A program made the position numbers and the translations under genes. This document shows, piece after piece, positions 29,425 to 40,201 of a stretch of DNA of 64,000 nucleotides. The stretch comes from Candidatus Omnitrophota bacterium (GTDB taxonomy: Bacteria > Omnitrophota > Gorgyraeia > Zapsychrales > Zapsychraceae). Where the stretch lies: NCBI GenBank assembly GCA_035292445.1, contig DATDQB010000003.1, forward strand, positions 9,692 through 73,691, written 5' to 3'. A model generated the notes under the pieces. It had not been told where the DNA came from, made no database searches, and saw only the letters and a list, made by a program, of their open reading frames with translations. How positions within the stretch are numbered: position 1 is the stretch's first letter; every line of letters starts with the position of its first letter.

Positions 29425-29919
29425 TTATTCACTTTGATTTTGGGCGGTGAATTTCAGCACATACCGTTGCAGGTCTTTATATAAGATCACTTCGTCTTGC
29501 CTGATCTCGACAACAATAAACCCTGAAATCTGGTCGCCTTTTTTAAGGAATTGGTCATTGATAATGGCTGTCGGCGTGTCCTTTTCCCACCCCAAGCCGG
29601 ATAACACCAAATCAGAGAACGATAGCGCGGTCAATTGAGGCTCTAACTTCTTGAAAGGATCTTTCACAAAAGCAATGTCCCTTTTTTCATTTCTTAATCT
29701 TATCTTATCGACAACATCAGCAAGATCAAACAGCTGGCCGTCCCCTGTTTGAGCCTCATTCGCCTTAGTTGCCGCAGCGCTCCTTGCCGTGCTTTCCTTG
29801 CGCTTACCGGCCTTGGCGTCTTGATCTTTATCCTTATCGGAGTTCGGCAGATATATGAGCACGGCGACGATCGCCATGCCGCCCATCACCATGCTGATCA
29901 TTTTTTCACGTTTAGTCAT
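29425..29919 (-). CDS. PilP/GspB-like accessory protein
   Basis: N-terminal TM, KDPF motif, LSG...AIIND...KGD beta domain; follows PilO. Confidence 0.55.
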   Translation of the reverse strand: MTKREKMISMVMGGMAIVAVLIYLPNSDKDKDQDAKAGKRKESTARSAAATKANEAQTGDGQLFDLADVVDKIRLRNEKRDIAFVKDPFKKLEPQLTALSFSDLVLSGLGWEKDTPTAIINDQFLKKGDQISGFIVVEIRQDEVILYKDLQRYVLKFTAQNQSE

Positions 29920-30524
29920 CTTATTGTCTCTATTTCAGTTGTCAGCAGTTCATCGGGATCATGATAAGCAAAGACGTATACCGGCACTAAATGCACATCC
30001 AATAACGGATAAATAAGCGGGTCTTTATTGATCGTGACTTCATAAATGGCCATCATGGCGGAGTTGTTTTCTAGCCGGCGGATGAACTCCGCAAGCGCTT
30101 TATAATCCCCTTTGCAGCGTATCTCTATTCGCTGCAACTCATATTTCCCTTGGACCTCAGCTTCTAAAGGCCTGATCGAAAGCACCTCGATATTGTTGGC
30201 GCCGGCCAGGTCTTCGATCTCCAAGGAAATAAGCGGCAGGTTCTTTTCCTGGGAGACTTTTGTTTGTACGGCGCTGATCTCCTTCTTGAGGATATCCACC
30301 CCTTCGCTCATGGCGCGTTCTTTATCTTGGTACGTCTTTTTCAAGCGCTCATTACCGATCGAAGTCTGGGTCCTGGCGGCCGAGGTCAGGCGCATTTTCT
30401 GCCTGTACTGGTATATTTTCCTTATGCCGGGGAAGAAATCGAACAAAGTAAATAACACCAGGACGACCAGCATTCCCAAAAGCTCCATCCTGATAATGAA
30501 TTTAAGGTCAAACCCTTGTTTCAT
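29916..30524 (-). CDS. pilO: PilO-like protein
   Basis: TM + coiled coil + GDYKALAEFIRRLE; order M-N-O. Confidence 0.75.
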   Translation of the reverse strand: MKQGFDLKFIIRMELLGMLVVLVLFTLFDFFPGIRKIYQYRQKMRLTSAARTQTSIGNERLKKTYQDKERAMSEGVDILKKEISAVQTKVSQEKNLPLISLEIEDLAGANNIEVLSIRPLEAEVQGKYELQRIEIRCKGDYKALAEFIRRLENNSAMMAIYEVTINKDPLIYPLLDVHLVPVYVFAYHDPDELLTTEIETIR

Positions 30525-30545
30525 GGTTTCACGCGCCTTTATGCG

Positions 30546-31088
30546 TTAATTGAATTTACAGACGATCTTAAAGTCGACCATATCGCTTTTATTCTCGCTT
30601 TTTTCCACGGAAGACAGTTCAAGCCCTTTAAAATAAGGCATCTTTTTAAGTTCCAACATGTATTCGCTCACCAGCCGCGAATTAAAAGAGTTGCCGTTGA
30701 TGCCGCAGAGGCCTTCATCGCTATTGATGGAAATATCCTGGAGCCAGACCTTGTCCGCGCTCACATTCCCGATGGACAATAAGATGTCGTCGTAAGAATA
30801 GCGTTTCGAGAGCATCTCGATGAGCGGCCCTTCTGTCTTATAAAGCTGCTTCTGCTCGGCTTCCAACCTACTGATCGTGCCTTTGAGTTTGGCGAGGCTT
30901 GTGTCCTCTTTAACAGCCGCCGGCCCATCGGCCACCTTCTTCATTTGATTGATCATCACCGTTAAGCCGGCATGGATGAGGAGTGCCAAGACGCAAGTGG
31001 CAACAGCGGACGCCAAGACCGAAGCGCCTATTAATTTAAGCTGGTCTTCTTTTTGGATATCTTCCGGAATTAAATTAATTTGCCACAT
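30546..31088 (-). CDS. pilN: PilN-like protein
   Basis: INLIP motif, TM, VWL, LKKMPYF. Confidence 0.85.
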   Translation of the reverse strand: MWQINLIPEDIQKEDQLKLIGASVLASAVATCVLALLIHAGLTVMINQMKKVADGPAAVKEDTSLAKLKGTISRLEAEQKQLYKTEGPLIEMLSKRYSYDDILLSIGNVSADKVWLQDISINSDEGLCGINGNSFNSRLVSEYMLELKKMPYFKGLELSSVEKSENKSDMVDFKIVCKFN

Positions 31089-31108
31089 ATATTCCCCGTT
31101 ATGAGAAG

Positions 31109-32278
31109 TTACCTTTTTACAGGCGCCTTTAACGCTGCGCCGATCGCGGCGCTCATCATCGAGGCATGTTCTTGAATAAAGGGCGTTTTTATTGTTTCCT
31201 GATCCACCACAAGTCCGGATAAGGGATTGGCTATCTCAAAAGTAGCGCCTAAATTTTCGGATAAATACCGGTCAAGCCCTTTAAGCTTGGCCCCGCCGCC
31301 GCATAAAATAATTTTTTCAATATTCTCCATCAGGAAATCCCGCTCGCAATAGGCAAAGCATTTGTGGATCTGTGCTATCAGATCATCCAACACCGGCTCT
31401 AAATGCACATTGATGTTCTGCTGGCTTTGCGAGGCCGGCTCTTGCGACGAATACAGCGAGCTGTTCCTTTTGGTCCTTTCAGCCTGCTCTCTCTCCATTT
31501 GAAGCCCTTTAGAAATGGCTTCGCTGAAGTGATCTCCCGCGAGCTCAAAATTCCTGACAAACTTTAACTGCGCCCCGCGGAATATGAGGACCGTTGTGGA
31601 ATGCGCCCCCATATCAATGACCGGCAAGATATGTTCCGGCCCCTTTGAATACAAGCCGACCAGTCGTTTAGCGACTGAAAAAAATGAAACATCCATGACA
31701 TTCGGCGCCAGGTTAACTTCCTTGAGGATCGAAAGGTATTTATAGATCATGGCCTTCTTGGCCGCCACGATAAAAAAGTCCATTTGATCGCTTTCAGCGG
31801 AAGAAGACTGGATCGGCTGGTAATCGACAATGGCCTCATCAATGGAAAAAGGGATATATTTTTCAGCTTGTTGCCTGATGGCGACGTTCACTTGTTCCTC
31901 GCTGATCTTGGGGATCCTGATCTGCCGGGAATACAAAGAGCTGTCGGAGATCGTAAGGTTGACCCTCTTGGCTTGAATATTATGCTCTTTCCACAATGCG
32001 CTCAGCGATTGGATGATGGCCGCGTCGTTGACTTCCCCTGAAGGGGCGGCCAGCAATTTGGAGATCTCTTTGTAGCCGAGCTTTATCAATTGCGCGCCCT
32101 GTTTTGTTTCTTGGACCTGGGCCACTTTGATCGAATGCGTCCCTATATCCAGGCCAACCCTTCCCAATCCTCCGAATAGAAAGTAATCCTCCAGGCCCTG
32201 CTCGATGTCGCTCAAATGGTCCAGCACCCTGAAAGGATTCAAATAATAAACCATTTTATTGATATCGAGGGATTTCAT
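31109..32278 (-). CDS. pilM: PilM actin-like pilus protein
   Basis: VGLDIGTHSIK, IDMGA, LCGGGAKL; start moved to ATG 32278. Confidence 0.9.
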   Translation of the reverse strand: MKSLDINKMVYYLNPFRVLDHLSDIEQGLEDYFLFGGLGRVGLDIGTHSIKVAQVQETKQGAQLIKLGYKEISKLLAAPSGEVNDAAIIQSLSALWKEHNIQAKRVNLTISDSSLYSRQIRIPKISEEQVNVAIRQQAEKYIPFSIDEAIVDYQPIQSSSAESDQMDFFIVAAKKAMIYKYLSILKEVNLAPNVMDVSFFSVAKRLVGLYSKGPEHILPVIDMGAHSTTVLIFRGAQLKFVRNFELAGDHFSEAISKGLQMEREQAERTKRNSSLYSSQEPASQSQQNINVHLEPVLDDLIAQIHKCFAYCERDFLMENIEKIILCGGGAKLKGLDRYLSENLGATFEIANPLSGLVVDQETIKTPFIQEHASMMSAAIGAALKAPVKR

Positions 32279-32297
32279 CTTAAGCTTAAGTTTCCTG

Positions 32298-33998
32298 TCA
32301 TTTGGGCGGTTCCTGATAAATGGGCAATCTGATCGTAAACGTTGTCCCAACGCCCACCGCGCTATCTACCAGTATTTGGCCTTGATGTTTATCGACAATA
32401 TCCTTGCTGATCGCTAACCCCAGCCCTGTGCCTTTTCCTTCCGGTTTGGTCGTATATAATGGTTTAAATATCTCCACGAATTTATCTTTGGGAATGCCGT
32501 GGCCGGTATCCTTAAAGAGGACATCGACCCATTTCCCCTCACTGGCACAGCTGGTGATATCCAAACTGCCGCCTTTGACCTCCATCGCATCCATGGCATT
32601 GATGATCATGTTCAAATATACCTGCTGAAGCTGGCTGGCGTCCGCTTTTACTTTGGGCAAATCCTCTTTAAGGCGCTTGGAGATATGGACCTTTGTCTTG
32701 GACATATGGAATTGGGCGATAATAAGCGCCGCGTCAACGGATTTATTGACATTGGTCGGCAGCATTTCCACTTCTTTGCGCCGCGCGAAAGCCAATAAAT
32801 TCTTAACGATGTTCTGGCAATGCTTGACCTTATCTTTAACCAGCACCTCGTATTCCAGGCACTGTTTAACATCCGCTTCTTCCAGTTTGCCTTTTTGCAA
32901 CAGTTCTTCCGTCATCTCGTTGCACATCGAGATCCCGTGAAGTGGGTTATTGATCTCATGCACCATCCCGCTCGCTAAAAGCCCGAGCGCCGAAAGCTTG
33001 GCGGCTTCAACCAGCTGATTTTGTTGATCGAACAATTCTTTGTTTGCCTTCCTTAGATTATCGAACAGCTTGGCGTTTTCAATGGCGATAGAAGCTTGAT
33101 TGCAGATCGCCGTTAATAATTCAAGGTCCTCTTTGGCAAAGCCCAAGATCCGGTCCTTGGTGTCGACGTGAATAATGCCTAAGATCTGCCCCTTGGCTTT
33201 TAAGGGCACGCACAACGTTGAGCGGATGCCATGATGGATAACGCTTTGGGCCTCCATAAAACGGTTGTCCCCTTTGGCATCCGAGGTCAGGATCGACTCC
33301 CCTGTATTTAAAACATGGTTGGCGATCGTGCGTGAAAAAGCGACATCCGTTTTTTCGCCTAAGCCTTCCCTATTATGCACGTATTGCGGGAACATCTCTC
33401 CCGTCGTTTCATCGATCAAAAGGATAAAACTGCGGTCCGCCTTTAAAACATCCAAAATGATCTTTAAGATCCGGTTTAAGAGGTCTCCCAGTTTCAACAC
33501 AGAGCCGATCTCATGGCTGATGGTATAAAGTGTCTTTAATTTCTGATAAGCCTTTTGGGTGCTTTCTGCATCCGTTTTATTTAAAGATTCCTCCAGCGGC
33601 AAAACGGCCTCGGCGGGAATTTTCAGCTCAACCGTTAAGCCTTCGGCGGCCAGTTGGTCGACCTTTATGTTCTTATCTGTTTTTTCCTCTTCATCCCAGT
33701 TGATCGATGCGTCTTCGGAAGCAAATTCGAGTACGGTGTCGCCCACTTTGATCTTATCCCCGTAATGAAGCGCCTGCTGCTTGACTTCCTTATCGTTGAC
33801 CTTCGTCCCGTTCACGGAGCCGAGGTCTTCGAGGAAATAATGGTCGTTTTTAACGACGATCTTGGCGTGGTTACGGGAGACCCTTCGGTCCGATAAGACA
33901 ATTTGATTGGATTCGTTGCGGCCGATAGAAATGCCCTGGTCCTGGATGTTAAAAATTTGCCCTTTTTCTTTGCCTAATTTAATGATGAGCCTTGCCAT
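32298..33998 (-). CDS. FHA-GAF-histidine kinase
   Basis: FHA (IGR...VSRNH...SVNGT), GAF, H-box HEINNPL, DTGHGI, GTGLGL. Confidence 0.9.
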   Translation of the reverse strand: MARLIIKLGKEKGQIFNIQDQGISIGRNESNQIVLSDRRVSRNHAKIVVKNDHYFLEDLGSVNGTKVNDKEVKQQALHYGDKIKVGDTVLEFASEDASINWDEEEKTDKNIKVDQLAAEGLTVELKIPAEAVLPLEESLNKTDAESTQKAYQKLKTLYTISHEIGSVLKLGDLLNRILKIILDVLKADRSFILLIDETTGEMFPQYVHNREGLGEKTDVAFSRTIANHVLNTGESILTSDAKGDNRFMEAQSVIHHGIRSTLCVPLKAKGQILGIIHVDTKDRILGFAKEDLELLTAICNQASIAIENAKLFDNLRKANKELFDQQNQLVEAAKLSALGLLASGMVHEINNPLHGISMCNEMTEELLQKGKLEEADVKQCLEYEVLVKDKVKHCQNIVKNLLAFARRKEVEMLPTNVNKSVDAALIIAQFHMSKTKVHISKRLKEDLPKVKADASQLQQVYLNMIINAMDAMEVKGGSLDITSCASEGKWVDVLFKDTGHGIPKDKFVEIFKPLYTTKPEGKGTGLGLAISKDIVDKHQGQILVDSAVGVGTTFTIRLPIYQEPPK

Positions 33999-34007
33999 TT
34001 TAAATGA

Positions 34008-35375
34008 CTACCATCCCCTGATCGTCTTCACGTGCTCATGAGCCTCATCAGCCATCGGCCCGCTTGTTTGGTATCTTAACAAATCTTGCCAAGCTTCCAA
34101 AGCTAAATTTTCTTGATTAAGCGCTTCATACGCCAACGCTAAATCCCTGTAATAGGGTGCGTAATCAGGCCTTAAGGCAATGGCTTCTTTGAACTCTCCC
34201 GCCGCTTCATCCATTCGCCCATTGCGGGAATACTGCAGGCCTTGCCCGTGATGCTCATCGGCTTTGGCCAGTTTTTGAAAATGCACCTCGGCCTCGTGAA
34301 GCACGTCTCCCTGGCTTCCGTCAGCCATTTCACCAGGCCCACTATTTTCCTCATCGATATAAGTCAGGCTTTCGGACCGATTTAAAAATGACATGATTTT
34401 TCCTTTTGACACATAAGCAACGGTGACCACGATTAGCAATAACACAAAGACGAAAAATTTTTTGGATTTCTTCTTTTGAGGCCTCGTGGAAATAAAATCG
34501 TCTTTAACGCTGGCCTTCGGCCCCTTGGAAGCACTGGCCTGCACGGCAGCCCGTTCAACAAAGTCGGGGCCTTTAAACTTCTTGATATCTTCAACAATCT
34601 CCTCGGCTTTCTGGTAGCGCTCCGCCACATTCTTGGCCATGGCTTTATGGACGATCCTTTCCAGCGCCTCGGGCACATCGGCTCGTAAGCTCCGTAAGGA
34701 AGGGATCGGCTCATTCTTATGTTTCAACAGAACGGCCTGGATCGACTCCCCTTGAAACGGGGGCCGGCCGATCAGCATCTCAAATAACGTAACCCCCAAG
34801 GAGTAGAGGTCCGTCCTGGTATCGATATCCGAATCGCTGACTTGTTCCGGCGACATATATTCGGCGGTGCCGACAGCCGCCCCCTGCATGGTCACCCGGG
34901 TGACATTGGGGATCTGGACAAGCCCAAAGTCCATCACTTTGACGCCCCCATCATCCTTGACAATAATATTATCCGGCTTGATGTCACGGTGGCTCATGCC
35001 TTCCTCCGCATGGGCAAACCCCAGCGCCCTGGCCACTTGAACAGTAACCCTTAAGGCCTCATCGATGGCCAGCGCACCCTTATTTTTTATCAATGTCTTT
35101 AGGTTTTCCCCTTCCACATATTCCATGGCAAAAAAATGCTGCCCCTGCGCCGAGCCGAACTCATACGCCTCTACAATATTCGGGTGTTTTAGCCGCACCA
35201 TCGCCGCTGCCTCGCGATTGAAGCGCTCGACCATAGAACGGTCCACCAAACTGGGGGGAAGAACTTTGATGGCCACTTCTTTCTGCGTGGCCGGATCAAG
35301 GCCTTTGTAGACGATCCCCATGCCCCCTTTGCCGATCTCTCTTAGAATCTTATATTTTCCGATCTGTTTTTCCAT
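34008..35375 (-). CDS. Hanks-type Ser/Thr kinase with TM and C-terminal TPR
   Basis: GKGGMG, AIK, HRDIKPDN, DFG, YMSPEQ; TM FFVFVLLLIVV; TPR-like tail. Confidence 0.92.
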   Translation of the reverse strand: MEKQIGKYKILREIGKGGMGIVYKGLDPATQKEVAIKVLPPSLVDRSMVERFNREAAAMVRLKHPNIVEAYEFGSAQGQHFFAMEYVEGENLKTLIKNKGALAIDEALRVTVQVARALGFAHAEEGMSHRDIKPDNIIVKDDGGVKVMDFGLVQIPNVTRVTMQGAAVGTAEYMSPEQVSDSDIDTRTDLYSLGVTLFEMLIGRPPFQGESIQAVLLKHKNEPIPSLRSLRADVPEALERIVHKAMAKNVAERYQKAEEIVEDIKKFKGPDFVERAAVQASASKGPKASVKDDFISTRPQKKKSKKFFVFVLLLIVVTVAYVSKGKIMSFLNRSESLTYIDEENSGPGEMADGSQGDVLHEAEVHFQKLAKADEHHGQGLQYSRNGRMDEAAGEFKEAIALRPDYAPYYRDLALAYEALNQENLALEAWQDLLRYQTSGPMADEAHEHVKTIRGW

Positions 35376-35381
35376 AGGACT

Positions 35382-36500
35382 CTACCAATGCCCTTTCCAT
35401 GAATCGATCCGTACAGGCAAGGCGTTCGGCGAGAAATAAGGTGGGTCCAGCTCTCTGTCAAAATCGATCGTCAGGCCCATACCATTAACGTTATTTAGAA
35501 CGATGTTCCCGCCGGCAACCAGCGCCCCGTCATCTATATCAAAACTGAATATAACATTGCTGAGAGAAAAGTCCGTCCCCGCATAAATGAGGCCGTCAAT
35601 ATTAGCGTTCTGGATGGTATCGATAGTGACCGCTTGCGCCGCGATAATAGGCGGAATGGTTTCCCCCGCAACAACAGTGCCCGTAATGGTCAATAAAGAC
35701 ATGCCTGTCAGCGTTAGGTTGCCATTGACGATCAACGCCCCATTCAAGTTAAAACCGGCCAAAGTAATGGAACAATCCCCATTGATATAATAAACACCCG
35801 CTGGGGGAAAAGGGCTCACAAAAGAAGCACAATCCGCCAACGCTGTCCCGGCGACGCTCATGTAACCGGCTATGCCCAGATCCGGGATAGGGATCACTAG
35901 CGTAATGACATTGCCGGACACATCGTCATCGGATACATTCAAGTTGCTCAAACTGATGATACTCCCCCGGGCGATCACGTCCCCATCCGGGTCGCCGTTC
36001 GCCGACCCGATTACATTGATATTCCCGCCTGCCTGCATGGCCCCGCGCCAGGGGCTGGTGGTAACTTCGGCAACGATCGTCCTTTCGGCCATCCCCATGG
36101 TCCCAGTAGCGGTCAGCGTTCCAATGACGCTTGTCCCGGGCGCCTGATACGTGACAGAATGATCAATGTCCGCGTCAAGGTCGAGATCGCCGCTGCCAAT
36201 GGAGCCGATCGTCCCATCGCCGTCCTCGTCATTATTCCAAACGATCTCAGCCAACGCGCGCTCGATCCCGGCTTCGGCAAAATAAAATGCCTTGGCGACC
36301 TTTAACTGGTTGTCATTCATCCTGATCTCGCTACGGGCAATAAATAATAGGCCGGCACCCATCGTGAAGAAAAGCATCATGATCGACAACGCCAACACAT
36401 AAACAGCCCCTGCTTGTCTTTTCAGTTTCTTACAGAATCGGCATTCTTCCAAGAAATTCTTTGAAAATTTCAGCATAATATCTTTTAAATGGCCGCCCAT
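35382..36500 (-). CDS. PilX/GspK-like minor pilin with large beta-rich domain
   Basis: QAG|AVYVL cleavage-like site, AFYFAEAGIERA PilX motif. Confidence 0.75.
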   Translation of the reverse strand: MGGHLKDIMLKFSKNFLEECRFCKKLKRQAGAVYVLALSIMMLFFTMGAGLLFIARSEIRMNDNQLKVAKAFYFAEAGIERALAEIVWNNDEDGDGTIGSIGSGDLDLDADIDHSVTYQAPGTSVIGTLTATGTMGMAERTIVAEVTTSPWRGAMQAGGNINVIGSANGDPDGDVIARGSIISLSNLNVSDDDVSGNVITLVIPIPDLGIAGYMSVAGTALADCASFVSPFPPAGVYYINGDCSITLAGFNLNGALIVNGNLTLTGMSLLTITGTVVAGETIPPIIAAQAVTIDTIQNANIDGLIYAGTDFSLSNVIFSFDIDDGALVAGGNIVLNNVNGMGLTIDFDRELDPPYFSPNALPVRIDSWKGHW

Positions 36501-36510
36501 AACCTTAAGC

Positions 36511-37098
36511 TCAATTGCGAAATGTGACGAACGAGACCAAATTTAGCGCGTCTCCGCTATTGTCCTGGAATTCTAGCCCGACCTCTACCGCCACCGCCAT
36601 ATCAGCCGTATCGCCGACCACTAAAGCCGTTAAAATCCCGGCTGACCTTTTATAACCCGTGCTGCGAAATAGCGTGGCGTCAATGGGATCAACATTGCCG
36701 ATCAATGTCCCACCCACCACAGCTCCCGCGCCCCCATCGATCGCTCTTTGGATATACTGGCGGCCTGCGGAAACACTCCGGCCATATTGGATGGTCTCTA
36801 CATCGTCATCATTATCAACTAATTTTCTTGTGCTGAATTGCAACACATTATTCCCAAATACAGTGCCCCTTTCAGCATACCTTAGTTCCGATACGATCCT
36901 TCCCATGGTCACGCGGGCATGCTGGGCCAACTCGTTGTCTTTGCTGATGGAGTCCATGGCTTTCGTCCCCGCCTTGAATACGGAGGTCAAGACCGTAAAG
37001 ATAACCGCCGTTAATGTGGCGGCCATGACGGCTTCAATGAGGGTAAAGGCCCTCTTTGAGCTCTTCCTACTAAAAATATGCTTTGATATACGCGCCAT
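36511..37098 (-). CDS. minor (pseudo)pilin, PilW/GspJ-like
   Basis: KRA|FTLIE class III signal. Confidence 0.8.
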   Translation of the reverse strand: MARISKHIFSRKSSKRAFTLIEAVMAATLTAVIFTVLTSVFKAGTKAMDSISKDNELAQHARVTMGRIVSELRYAERGTVFGNNVLQFSTRKLVDNDDDVETIQYGRSVSAGRQYIQRAIDGGAGAVVGGTLIGNVDPIDATLFRSTGYKRSAGILTALVVGDTADMAVAVEVGLEFQDNSGDALNLVSFVTFRN

Positions 37099-37099
37099 G

Positions 37100-37468
37100 T
37101 TAATTATTCGCCTTTAAAGTGATTATCGTCTCTGCTTGCAAGTTGCCAAACGAGTTGTTCCAGCTTACGCCCACTTCGATCCTTTTAAGGTTCGGGTTTC
37201 CCAAAAAAGGCGCCGTCTGCGTAACGCCTAACGTATATTGGGGGAAGCCAGAATATTGAAAACCGGCCTGATTGACATTTGTGGCAAAATTGGCCGGCTT
37301 GATCTCTTCAAGCTTTCTCGTAAGAAGATTGTAGGCCTCGGTTTTCTGCCTGTTTTGCCGGCTGATCCGGATGCCTACCGTGTACATCCCCAGAATGGAA
37401 ACAAAGGCCACCCCGACTATCACCATCGCAGCCATAACCTCAACAAGCGTAAAACCGCCCCTTTTCAT
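37100..37468 (-). CDS. minor (pseudo)pilin, PilV/GspI-like
   Basis: RGG|FTLVEV. Confidence 0.85.
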   Translation of the reverse strand: MKRGGFTLVEVMAAMVIVGVAFVSILGMYTVGIRISRQNRQKTEAYNLLTRKLEEIKPANFATNVNQAGFQYSGFPQYTLGVTQTAPFLGNPNLKRIEVGVSWNNSFGNLQAETIITLKANN

Positions 37469-37953
37469 AGGATCTCCACTTTGCCCGTGGTCGAAGCGAC
37501 ATTAATTTGAATGGTATCACCCCGCTGGTCGATCAACTCGATGTTGCCACTATCCGTCGGCGTTCCGAAATGGTCAAAATCGATCGTATGGGTCCCGGCC
37601 ACTGTAAAATCGGTAAAGTTAATGAACACCCCGTTCTCTACGGAGAAAGTGCCAATTGGGACAAAACCGCCGTTGCTGCTGGCGTCATAGCTGATGGTGT
37701 AGTTGTCGTTTATCACATCAAAGAATATTTTATGGATGCGCTGCTTGGTGATAGCGGCTTGCTGGGTGTAAACAATCTTTTCTTTGACTTTACGCGCCTC
37801 CATCAGGAGCTTATTCTGATGGACCATGCTGAAGAGCCTGGGGCCGATGACCAAGCTTATGAGGCTGAGGATGCCCAAAAGCATGATCAATTCAAGTAAA
37901 GTAAATCCTGCCCGAGGTATTCTGGAATAATGATGTGGGCTCGCCTTACTCAT
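37465..37953 (-). CDS. minor (pseudo)pilin, FimT/GspH-like
   Basis: RAG|FTLLEL; FDHFGTP; TGKV end. Confidence 0.85.
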   Translation of the reverse strand: MSKASPHHYSRIPRAGFTLLELIMLLGILSLISLVIGPRLFSMVHQNKLLMEARKVKEKIVYTQQAAITKQRIHKIFFDVINDNYTISYDASSNGGFVPIGTFSVENGVFINFTDFTVAGTHTIDFDHFGTPTDSGNIELIDQRGDTIQINVASTTGKVEIL

Positions 37954-38362
37954 CCGCTTCTATTTCTTTTTTCGTTTTGTGCTGCGGGATAAGAGCTGAC
38001 ATCAAGTTAATGGCTTTGATCATAATGGTGGTACTGCACGGTTTCGTTAAATAGTGGTCGGCCTCGAGCGAAAACCCCTTGTGCATATTGCCCAATTCCC
38101 CTTCACCGGAAACGATGATCACCGGCTGCCATTTTTCAGAAGGAGGGTTTTCTCTCAACTGCTTTAAGACCTCAAAACCGTGCATGCGGGGCATATTCAG
38201 GTCCAACAGGATAATATCCGGAGATTCGCTCTGGATCTTCTGCCAGGCCTCTTCGCCGTCTTTGGCCGGGACGACATCAAAGCCTTCTTCGCCGATCTTC
38301 TTGACCATGATCTTCAAAATATCCGAATCATCGTCCGCGATGAGAACTTTAATTTTCTCCAT
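37946..38362 (-). CDS. single-domain response regulator between pilin genes
   Basis: ADDD, LLDLNMP, TKP; overlaps downstream pilin start. Confidence 0.9.
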   Translation of the reverse strand: MEKIKVLIADDDSDILKIMVKKIGEEGFDVVPAKDGEEAWQKIQSESPDIILLDLNMPRMHGFEVLKQLRENPPSEKWQPVIIVSGEGELGNMHKGFSLEADHYLTKPCSTTIMIKAINLMSALIPQHKTKKEIEADE

Positions 38363-38422
38363 AATAGGACTCTCTTATTAAATTGCTGCGTTTAAAGTCG
38401 TTGACGTTAGGAAAATATTCGA

Positions 38423-38869
38423 TTACCAATCAGCAAATGGGCTATCCCCCGAGGCAACGCACGGAGCGCCACAGCCTGCCATATCAAGGTTCACTCGAAC
38501 ATCCCCTGTACCAGCGATATAGACCCATCCGCCGGCGTTTGAAAAGGCGCCGACTGCGGCATTGCTTTCTGTTATCCCTTCTTCAGGAACGACCCTTAGA
38601 TAGATCTCGCCTGTTACAGGAGCCGCTACGGTCAAGGCGTTCAACGTAAGAGGCAATATGGCTTCTTGGACCCTGAATACTTCAATGGTAGAACGAAGGG
38701 TCTCCAAGTTGGTTTTTGTTGTCGAGACTCTGGCCGCATCGCCTTGACCGGCAAAACGGGGGATAATAATGGCTGCCAGAAGCCCTAAGATCACAATGAC
38801 CATGATGAGTTCTACCAGCGTAAAACCCTTGGCCGGACGCAACTGGTTACTTTTTAATAATGGTTGCAT
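38423..38869 (-). CDS. major (pseudo)pilin, GspG/PilA-like
   Basis: AKG|FTLVELIMVIVILGLLAAIIIP; C-terminal Cys pair. Confidence 0.85.
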   Translation of the reverse strand: MQPLLKSNQLRPAKGFTLVELIMVIVILGLLAAIIIPRFAGQGDAARVSTTKTNLETLRSTIEVFRVQEAILPLTLNALTVAAPVTGEIYLRVVPEEGITESNAAVGAFSNAGGWVYIAGTGDVRVNLDMAGCGAPCVASGDSPFADW

Positions 38870-38972
38870 GTTATCACCTTTCTTTTATTACTATTGTTTT
38901 GTTAACTTTGTTGGGGATTATTTCATAAATGGTCTAACAATCTGCCTGAAAAAACAACCACCTCCTTTTAAG

Positions 38973-40190
38973 TTACATATGAAGCCCTTCCATAATATCG
39001 GTTAAAGGTAAAAATATGGATAACGAAATGAAACCGACGATCACGGTCATAAAGACAATAAGGACAGGCTCAATGATTTTGGTAAAATTCTTGATAGCCG
39101 TATCCACTTCCCGGTCATAAAACTCGGAAACCTTCACCAAAATATTTTCTAGGGTCCCCGTTTCCTCGCCGACATGGATCATATTGACCACCATATCCGG
39201 GAAAACACCGGTTTCGGCCAAAGGCTGGGCAATGGATTTCCCTTCCCCAACACGGGCGGCCACGTCTTTTAAAGCTTTGATCACGACCTTATTGTCAAGC
39301 GTATCCGTAACGACCTCTAATGTCGTAAGAATCGGGATCCCCGCCGCCACCAAAACGGATAAAATTTGCGTAAATTGCGAAGCGGTCGTCTTCTTGATCA
39401 ATTCCCCGAACGCGGGCAAACTAAGGCATAATTTATCAAATTGATAACGCCCGTTTTCCGTATGAATGTAGCTTCGAAGGAAAATAAGGGTCATCCCTAT
39501 GGCGATAATGAAAAAATACCAATACTCCCGAAGCAACGCCCCCAACCCCAACAAGAACTCTGTTGAGGCAGGGATCGTGGCGCCGATATCTTCGAAGACC
39601 TGGGAAAACCGCGGCAACACAAAAGTCACCAGGAAAATAACGGCTCCCATACAGATGATCAGTAAAATGACCGGATAGGCTAGCGCGGATTTGATCCTCT
39701 CCCTGACCACAGACTGGGCCTCGTAAAAAATAGCCAATCTTCGTAACAGCTCGTCCAGCACTCCCCCCACTTCCCCGGCGTTGACCATTTGGATATATAA
39801 TTTAGAAAATACGTGCGGGTGCTCTTTCAAGGACTCCGAGAATGAGCGCCCCTCTTCAACTTTATGATGGATTTCAACCAGCGCTTTTTTCAGCGTTTCG
39901 TTGGTGGTTTGGTTAATGATGATGCGCAGGCTCTTAAGAAGGGGCAATCCGGCATTGAGCATGGTATAAAGCTGCCAGCTTAGGATAGAGATGTCCGTAA
40001 ATTTTACCTTTTTCTTGAAAGAAAAAAATCCGGGGGCCATCACGCCCGAGATTTTCTTTTCCGAGAACTCGATGACAAAATACCCCCTCGCATCAAGCTT
40101 TTTGCGCAGGTCTTTGCTGTCTTCGGCGATCAGCTCGCCTTCAATGACTTTCCCATATTTATCCCGGACCCTGTATAAGTACCGTTGCAT
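38973..40190 (-). CDS. pilC: PilC/GspF platform protein
   Basis: AGEVGGVL, VGEETGTL, IEP motifs. Confidence 0.93.
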   Translation of the reverse strand: MQRYLYRVRDKYGKVIEGELIAEDSKDLRKKLDARGYFVIEFSEKKISGVMAPGFFSFKKKVKFTDISILSWQLYTMLNAGLPLLKSLRIIINQTTNETLKKALVEIHHKVEEGRSFSESLKEHPHVFSKLYIQMVNAGEVGGVLDELLRRLAIFYEAQSVVRERIKSALAYPVILLIICMGAVIFLVTFVLPRFSQVFEDIGATIPASTEFLLGLGALLREYWYFFIIAIGMTLIFLRSYIHTENGRYQFDKLCLSLPAFGELIKKTTASQFTQILSVLVAAGIPILTTLEVVTDTLDNKVVIKALKDVAARVGEGKSIAQPLAETGVFPDMVVNMIHVGEETGTLENILVKVSEFYDREVDTAIKNFTKIIEPVLIVFMTVIVGFISLSIFLPLTDIMEGLHM

Positions 40191-40201
40191 AAAATGATCC
40201 C